Part shown: positions 58,245 to 64,000 of the stretch, one piece after another
How positions within the stretch are numbered: the stretch's first letter is position 1
Layout of the letters: every line of letters begins with the position of its first letter
NCBI GenBank assembly: GCA_965203905.1
Contig: CBDBDQ010000005.1
Coordinates: 1,120,001-1,184,000 of the forward strand
DNA: 64,000 bases
Origin: Spirochaetia bacterium
Lineage (GTDB): Bacteria; Spirochaetota; Spirochaetia; SZUA-6; Bin103
Reading direction: 5' to 3'
The notes under the pieces: model-generated
The model's database searches: none
Told to the model about the DNA's origin: nothing
Seen by the model: only the letters and a program-made list of their open reading frames with translations
Position numbers and translations under genes: made by a program

Positions 58245-59085
58245 CGGGGGCCGGGCCCCAGGCCGGCGGCTCGGCGGCGCCGGCGTAGACCGGGATCAGC
58301 GGGCGGGTGATCGACCGGGTCTGCGTTACCCAGTCGGACCATTCGGGAGTGTCGGTGATGTGGCGTGCGACCAGTGCCTGGACCTCCGCCGGCAGGTCGT
58401 CGTAGGCGGGCCAGTACCAGATGGTAAGCACGGTGCGCCAGCGCTCGCTGCGGTTGCCGTGCGCCGCGTGCAGGAGGCGGGCGTCGCCGATCACCACGTC
58501 GCCCGCGCGCACCGGTACGTCGATCTCGCCCTCGGCGTGCCGAAACGCGGGATGGTCCAGCGCCACGTTGCGTATCACGTCGTTGTGCCGGGTAGCGCGC
58601 GGGTCTTGATCGTGCAGGGGGTGGCGTTTGCGGTGGGAGCCGGGAATCAGCCGCAGGCAGCCGTTGTCGCGGCTGGTGTCGACCAGGTAGTACATCAGGA
58701 AGAACTGCTGCGGCTGATCGGTGTAGCTGATGGGATGGTCCCACAACACGCCGTCCTGATGCCAGTGCAGCGGCGGGCTGTGCGGCGGCTTGCTGATCAC
58801 GAAGCCGCTCCACACCCGGGGCCGGTCGAAGCCCAGTTCCGAGAACGCCGCCAGCGCGGCCGGATGCACCAGCAACTCGGTGAATGCCGGATGCGGATGC
58901 GTCCAGTAGGGGATGATGCTGCCCCGCGCCCGGTTCTCGGCGAAGTGGGCGGGATCCACCTGGGCGAGGGTCCATTCGCTCATGGCGTTGAGCCGTGCCA
59001 CCGTCTCGGGATCCAGCACCTGCTCGAACACGCAGAACCCGTCCCGGATCAACTGCTCGCGCTTGGCGGTAGCGGTAATCGGCAT
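58228..59085 (-). CDS. Phytanoyl-CoA dioxygenase (PhyH) family protein
   Basis: RDGF, SKPP..LHWHQD, NGCLRLIPGSH, RLLHAA..R. Confidence 0.92.
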   Translation of the reverse strand: MPITATAKREQLIRDGFCVFEQVLDPETVARLNAMSEWTLAQVDPAHFAENRARGSIIPYWTHPHPAFTELLVHPAALAAFSELGFDRPRVWSGFVISKPPHSPPLHWHQDGVLWDHPISYTDQPQQFFLMYYLVDTSRDNGCLRLIPGSHRKRHPLHDQDPRATRHNDVIRNVALDHPAFRHAEGEIDVPVRAGDVVIGDARLLHAAHGNRSERWRTVLTIWYWPAYDDLPAEVQALVARHITDTPEWSDWVTQTRSITRPLIPVYAGAAEPPAWGPAPGASLR

Positions 59086-59226
59086 GACGGATTTCGACCC
59101 TACGGGCGACCTCAGGAGCTGTCAACCTTGCAGGACCAGGCTGCGGCAGACTGCGGTGCGCGGCCTCGCGCCGCCGCGCCAAATCGAGAGTGTCCGGCCG
59201 CACCCCGACATGGGATAATCGGCCTC

Positions 59227-60021
59227 ATGGCAGCCGAGATTCCGGATCGCCTGGTGGTGTTCACCTTCGACGACGGCAAGCGTTCCAACGGCGAGTTCGT
59301 GGCGCCGCTGCTGGAGCGTTACGGCTTCGGGGGGACCTTCTACATCACCGAGGGACTGGGATTCGAGGACAAGGACTACTACCTCACCTGGGAGGAGGTG
59401 CGCGAGCTGCACGACCGTGGCTTCGAGGTCGGCAACCACACCCGCAGCCATCGCGACGTCAGCACGCTCGCACCCGATCAACTGGCCGCGGACGTGGAGC
59501 ACATCGACCGCCGCTGCGCGGAGTTCGGCATCGCCCGGCCGCAGACCTTCTGCTATCCCGGCTACCACACCGACGCCCGGGCGGTTGCGGTGCTGGCCGA
59601 GCGCGGCTTCGCCTGGGCGCGCTGCGGCTGCGAGCCCACGCCGCCCGACGGCTACCACACCGGCGGCTGCGGGCCGACCTACGACCCGCGCCTCGACCAC
59701 CCGCTGCTGGTGCCCACCACCGCCAGCTTCGGCCCCGCGGTGGACCTGGGCGCCCTGACCTGGGCCGCGCAGCAGGCGCGCGACGGCTGCGCCGCGGTGA
59801 TCACCTTTCACGGCGTGCCCGACCCGCGCCATCCGTGGGTATCCATCGAGCCGCAGACGTTTCGCGACTACCTGAGCTGGCTGGCCGATGGCGGCTACAC
59901 GGTGATCGCGTTGCGCGACCTGTCCCGCTACGTCAGCGTCGCCGAGCCGCCGGCCGACCCCTACGCGGCGCAGCGCCGGCGCCAGGGCACCAGCTACGGT
60001 CCGCGCGCCAGCGCCGGCTGA
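59227..60021 (+). CDS. Polysaccharide deacetylase (CE4-like)
   Basis: VFTFDDG, EVGNHTRSH, FCYPG, TFHG. Lies in the 3' part of the 57115..60021 ORF. Confidence 0.92.
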   Translation: MAAEIPDRLVVFTFDDGKRSNGEFVAPLLERYGFGGTFYITEGLGFEDKDYYLTWEEVRELHDRGFEVGNHTRSHRDVSTLAPDQLAADVEHIDRRCAEFGIARPQTFCYPGYHTDARAVAVLAERGFAWARCGCEPTPPDGYHTGGCGPTYDPRLDHPLLVPTTASFGPAVDLGALTWAAQQARDGCAAVITFHGVPDPRHPWVSIEPQTFRDYLSWLADGGYTVIALRDLSRYVSVAEPPADPYAAQRRRQGTSYGPRASAG

Positions 60022-60303
60022 AGACCTAACCACGGCGAGACCACCAGACCAACGCTGCGGTCCACCGCTCCCAGCACGGATACTGGAGAAAAAAATGCTG
60101 ATTGTGGGCGTTTGGGGGTTGACACGGTTCCTGGCGGCCGATTGCGGCACCTCCCCGATCCTGCCGATTCCGCGCTCGTTTCCGCCTTCAGCGCGCGCTC
60201 ACGGGCGGCGCGCCGCGTTGGGGGCCCCGAACGTCCAAATCGGGCGAACGGGCCGTCCAGGGCCCAGCACGGGGGCGCCGAAAACCGGGTGTACGATGGT
60301 GTC

Positions 60304-61929
60304 ATGGTACCAGAGACCAGCACCCGGTCCGGGCCGTCGACGCCGGTAGCACCGCCCGAACGGACGACCACCGGGCAACCCACGCCAGCGGTGACCACCG
60401 CGTTGATGGCACCCGGCGCGAGCGATACCACGACGCCGCCACAATCCTTCGAGGCGGCCGACCTGGACCGGCTCGGGAACCGCATCGCCGAGCTGTCGGC
60501 CCGCATCCAGGCCGCCACCTACGAGCTGCTGTGTTACTTGCGCGAGTTCGACCGCCACCACGGCTGGGAGGGCTTCCGTTCCTGCGCCCACTGGCTCAAC
60601 TGGCGCATCGGCCTCGACCTCGGCGCCGCCCGCGAGAAGCTGCGCGTCGCTGCCGCGCTGGCCGATCTCAACCATCTTTCCGCGGCCATGGCCTGCGGCC
60701 GCCTTTCCTACTCCATGGTACGCGCCCTGACTCGAGTGGCCACCCCCGACAACGAGGCGCGGCTGATCGCGGTGGCCTGCTGTGCCACGGGCGCGCAGGT
60801 GGAGCGGCTGGTGCGGGCGTGGCGGCAGGCGGACAACGAGGCGCAGCCGGACGCCGAGCAGTTGCGCCTGGCGCGGCGCACGCTGAGCACGCGGGTGGAC
60901 GAGGATGGCATGGTGGTGCTGCGGGCGCGGCTGACGCCGGAGGTGGGCGCGGTGGTGCTGCGCGCCCTGGAGGCGGCGCTGGAGCAGGTGCCGGCAGCAG
61001 CGGAGGATGCCGCAGACGGAGACCAGCCGAGCATCGCGCAGCGGCGCGCGGACGCACTGGGGCTGGTGGCCGAGAGCGCGCTGGCCGGCGGGCTCGATCC
61101 GGGCAGCCCGGGCGACCGCTTCCAGGTGACCGTGCACGTGGAGGCGGAGACCCTTTGCTCCCGCGAGGCGGCTGGCGCCGTGGCGGACACTTCCGCGGAA
61201 ACGCGCACAACCGCCCCGCCAGCGGACGCGGCTGCGGACCAGGCGCCCGTCGAGTCCGCGGGCGGTCCCCACCTGGTCGCAGACCCACGCTGCGGCGCTC
61301 CCGCGCCCGCGCCCGACGCCGGGCAGGCGGTCATTGAACAAGCGGGCGGCATCCACGTCGGCAAGGAGGCTGCGCGCCGCATCGCCTGCGATGCCGGGCA
61401 CGTGGTGCTGCGCCACACCCCGGACGGCGGTGTGCTCGACGTCGGCCGCCGCACGCGCACGGTCCCCACCGCGCTGCGTCGTGCCCTCGAGGGCCGCGAT
61501 CACAACCAGTGCCAGTTTCCCGGCTGCAGCTCGCGCCGCTGCGACGCCCATCACGTCGTCCATTGGGCGGACGGCGGGAAGACCCAGCTCTCCAATCTGG
61601 TCAGTTGCTGCCGATTCCACCACCGCCTGGTGCACGAGGCGGGGTTTCAGGTGGTGGCGGACGGCGCTGGGGGGTTCCAGTTCCTGCGCCCCGATGGCAC
61701 TCCGCTGCCAGCGGTGGCGCCGGCGCCGCGCTGGCAGGGTGCCGGGGAACCGCTGGCGCCGACCGTGGCGCGGCTGGCGATGGCCGGAATCAGCATCGGT
61801 CCGCATACCGCTACCCCGGAGTGGTATGGCGAATCGCTGAACGTGGTGGGGGCGCTGGACGCGCTGTGGGAGCCGCAGGTTCGGGAACCTCCGGCTGCCG
61901 CGGCGCGCGGCGACCGCGGCGACGCTTGA
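60304..61929 (+). CDS. DUF222 (13E12-like) HNH endonuclease
   Basis: GWEGFRSCAHWLNWRIG, QRRADAL, ARRIACDA, LDVGRRTR, RDHNQCQFPGC..DAHHVVHWADGGKTQLSNLVSCCRFHH. Confidence 0.92.
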   Translation: MVPETSTRSGPSTPVAPPERTTTGQPTPAVTTALMAPGASDTTTPPQSFEAADLDRLGNRIAELSARIQAATYELLCYLREFDRHHGWEGFRSCAHWLNWRIGLDLGAAREKLRVAAALADLNHLSAAMACGRLSYSMVRALTRVATPDNEARLIAVACCATGAQVERLVRAWRQADNEAQPDAEQLRLARRTLSTRVDEDGMVVLRARLTPEVGAVVLRALEAALEQVPAAAEDAADGDQPSIAQRRADALGLVAESALAGGLDPGSPGDRFQVTVHVEAETLCSREAAGAVADTSAETRTTAPPADAAADQAPVESAGGPHLVADPRCGAPAPAPDAGQAVIEQAGGIHVGKEAARRIACDAGHVVLRHTPDGGVLDVGRRTRTVPTALRRALEGRDHNQCQFPGCSSRRCDAHHVVHWADGGKTQLSNLVSCCRFHHRLVHEAGFQVVADGAGGFQFLRPDGTPLPAVAPAPRWQGAGEPLAPTVARLAMAGISIGPHTATPEWYGESLNVVGALDALWEPQVREPPAAAARGDRGDA

Positions 61930-62054
61930 CACGTGCCCGTTCAAGGGTCCTTGTCGGCGAAGATGGCGCGGTAGCTGGCCGGGTCATGGCCGGGGGTTGG
62001 CCGGGGTTGCGGGGTATGGCGCGACGCGTCCGCCATCGGTATACTGCCCTCGTT

Positions 62055-62918
62055 ATGAGTGCGCGCTACGAGAGCCCGCTGACCGTAAGCGAGGCCACCG
62101 ATCTGCTCGGCCAGAATCCCGGCGCCCGGGTACTGGCGGGAGGCACCGATCTCATGGTCGCCATGCGCCTGTCCCGCACCATCCCCGAGCTGATCGTAGA
62201 CATCAAGAATATCGCCCAGACCCGGGAGATCTCCCTCTCCGACGACGGGCTGGTGCTGGGCGCCGCGGTGCCCTGCGTCGACCTGACCGACCACCCCACG
62301 TTGCGGAAGAGCTATCCCGGCCTGGTGGAGTCGGCAGAGCTGATCGGCTCCTCCCAGATCCAGAGCCGGGCCAGTCTCGGCGGCAACCTGTGCCATGCCT
62401 CGCCGGCGGCGGACACCGTGCCGGCCCTGGTGGCGCTGAGCGCGGTGTGCCGGATCGCGGGTCCGGGCGGCGAACGCCGGGTGGCGGTGGAGGACTTCTG
62501 CACCGGTCCCGGCGTCAACGTGCTGGGCGACGGGGAGTTCCTGGTGGCGTTCGAGATCCCGGCTCCGGGAGCCGCCTCCGCCGATGCCTACCTGCGCTTC
62601 ATCCCGCGCAATGAGATGGATATCGCGGTGGTCGGATCGGGGGTCAGCGTGACCCTGAACGGCTCCGGCACCTGCAGCGCCGCGCGCGTGGCGCTGGGGG
62701 CGGTGGCACCCACGGTGATCCTGGTACCGGAGGCGGCGGACGCACTCATCGGAACGGCCCTCGAGGACGCCGACCTGGAGCGTGCGGCCGCGGCGGCGTC
62801 GGCGGCGTCACGGCCGATCACCGACCGCCGCGGAACCGCGGAGTTCCGGCGCCACGTCGCCGGAGTGCTCACCAAGCGCGCCGCCGCCGCGGCACGCAAC
62901 CGGGCCCGCGCGCGCTGA
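62055..62918 (+). CDS. Xanthine dehydrogenase/CoxM-family FAD-binding subunit
   Basis: LAGGTDL, IGSSQIQSRASLGGNLCHASPAAD, PRNEMDIA, PITDRRGT. Confidence 0.93.
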   Translation: MSARYESPLTVSEATDLLGQNPGARVLAGGTDLMVAMRLSRTIPELIVDIKNIAQTREISLSDDGLVLGAAVPCVDLTDHPTLRKSYPGLVESAELIGSSQIQSRASLGGNLCHASPAADTVPALVALSAVCRIAGPGGERRVAVEDFCTGPGVNVLGDGEFLVAFEIPAPGAASADAYLRFIPRNEMDIAVVGSGVSVTLNGSGTCSAARVALGAVAPTVILVPEAADALIGTALEDADLERAAAAASAASRPITDRRGTAEFRRHVAGVLTKRAAAAARNRARAR

Positions 62919-62946
62919 CCGGGCCAACAAAGAGAGGCAAACGACT

Positions 62947-63426
62947 ATGCTACAGACTCACGTACAAACCACCATCAACGGCGAGCCCACCGAATTCCTG
63001 TGCGAGGCGCACCTGAGCCTGCTCGACGTGCTGCGCGACAAGGTCGGTCTCACCGGCACCAAGGAAGGCTGCGCCACCGGCGATTGCGGGGCGTGCACCG
63101 TGGTGATGGACGGCAACATCGTGTGCTCCTGCCTGGTGTTCGCGGTGGAGACAGCCGGGCACGAGATCGAGACGATTGAAGGAGTGGCCAAGGATCAGCA
63201 GCTCCACCCGGTGCAGCAGCAACTGCTGGAGCACGCCGGCCTGCAATGCGGCATCTGCACCCCCGGAGTGGTGGTGGCGGCCAAGGCACTGCTGGAACGC
63301 AATCCCGATCCCACCGAGAAGGAGATCCGCTACTGGCTGTCCGGCAACCTGTGCCGCTGCACCGGCTACGACAAGATCGTGCGCGCGGTGCAGGACGCGG
63401 CGTCGGTGCTGCAGGCCCAGGGCTGA
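62947..63426 (+). CDS. CoxS-family 2x[2Fe-2S] subunit
   Basis: GTKEGCATGDCGACTV, QCGICTPG, GNLCRCTGY. Confidence 0.95.
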   Translation: MLQTHVQTTINGEPTEFLCEAHLSLLDVLRDKVGLTGTKEGCATGDCGACTVVMDGNIVCSCLVFAVETAGHEIETIEGVAKDQQLHPVQQQLLEHAGLQCGICTPGVVVAAKALLERNPDPTEKEIRYWLSGNLCRCTGYDKIVRAVQDAASVLQAQG

Positions 63427-63448
63427 CCGGGCCCGACAGCGCGAGCCG

Positions 63449-63706
63449 ATGGCCCAGGTGGAGATTCCGACGCGGTTGCTGCCGCGCACCGGCGGTACCA
63501 GCCGCCTGGAAGTGGAGGGGCGCAACGTGCGCCAGGTGCTGCGCGCCCTCGACGAGAAGTTCCCCGGGCTGGTCGACGAGTTGAAGGCCACCACCGCGAT
63601 CGCCATCGACGGCGAGATCATCGGCCAGCGCCTGGAGGACGCGGTGCTGGAGCGGGTGCAGCCTGACAGCGAGGTGTACTTCATCCCCGCCGTAGCCGGC
63701 GGCTGA
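63449..63706 (+). CDS. MoaD/ThiS-family sulfur carrier
   Basis: Beta-grasp pattern, C-terminal IPAVAGG. Confidence 0.9.
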   Translation: MAQVEIPTRLLPRTGGTSRLEVEGRNVRQVLRALDEKFPGLVDELKATTAIAIDGEIIGQRLEDAVLERVQPDSEVYFIPAVAGG

Positions 63707-63800
63707 ACCCGCCCGCACAGGATCGCACCCGGCTCCGCGCGGGTACGGCGCCCACGGTCGCCGCAGCCCCCGATCATACGGCACCATCGAGAGCTGCAAG

Positions 63801-64000
63801 ATGGACGAACTGCACAGCATCATCGAGCGTGTCGCCGCCAGCCCACCGGGGCAGGCGTGCGCGCTGGCGACCCTGGTGCACGTCGACGGCTCCAGCTACC
63901 GCGGGGTCGGGGCGCGGGCGCTGGCCCTGCCCGACGGCGACACCATCGGCCTGATCAGCGGCGGCTGCCTGGAGGGCGACCTGCTGGAACGTGCCGGCGA
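63801..64000 (+). CDS. xdhC: XdhC/CoxI-family Mo-cofactor maturation factor (3' truncated by window)
   Basis: ALATLVHVDGSSYRGVGAR..GLISGGCLEGDL. Confidence 0.88.
   Translation, partial: MDELHSIIERVAASPPGQACALATLVHVDGSSYRGVGARALALPDGDTIGLISGGCLEGDLLERAG

Noticed and set aside
61976-62020. Degenerate TGGCCGGG tandem repeat after HNH2
   Set aside because: Three to four short imperfect copies without spacers, consistent with low-complexity GC-rich DNA.

Overview
Very GC-rich bacterial chromosomal segment. The long-form GlyA, the PurS-fused PurL with separate PurQ, a solute-binding protein leader ending 'WASAGGAGE', and the repeated PhyH, Gfo/Idh/MocA, HNH and TA genes suggest a host-associated (e.g. 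sponge-symbiont) Spirochaetota-like organism. That taxonomy is inference only. Housekeeping core: glyA (5' truncated), tRNA-Arg(TCT), tRNA-Pro(TGG), DAACS symporter, GT2, aroK, hisA/hisIE, PTS IIA, purL-purQ, cobB, pncA-pncB, DUF368, and a CoxM/CoxS/MoaD/XdhC set. Catabolic region: carbohydrate ABC importer, glycosidase-like genes, and three amidohydrolase-fold proteins with two Rieske ferredoxins (probably AibH1H2/PtmU3-like dinuclear oxygenases). Two ABC exporter operons. Several small, often lower-GC conflict or mobile inserts: a 98-aa WHGYP putative RNase paired with an HTH-less IrrE/ImmA metallopeptidase (best candidate for an undescribed system), DUF5678-like plus retropepsin, OLD-like ATPase-TOPRIM flanked by a duplicated promoter/start, AAA-PD-(D/E)xK, VapBC, a mini GIY-YIG, and two DUF222-like HNH genes with similar 5' leader architecture. 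Several gene relics formed by internal deletion, and many apparently leaderless genes. No CRISPR array or rRNA seen.
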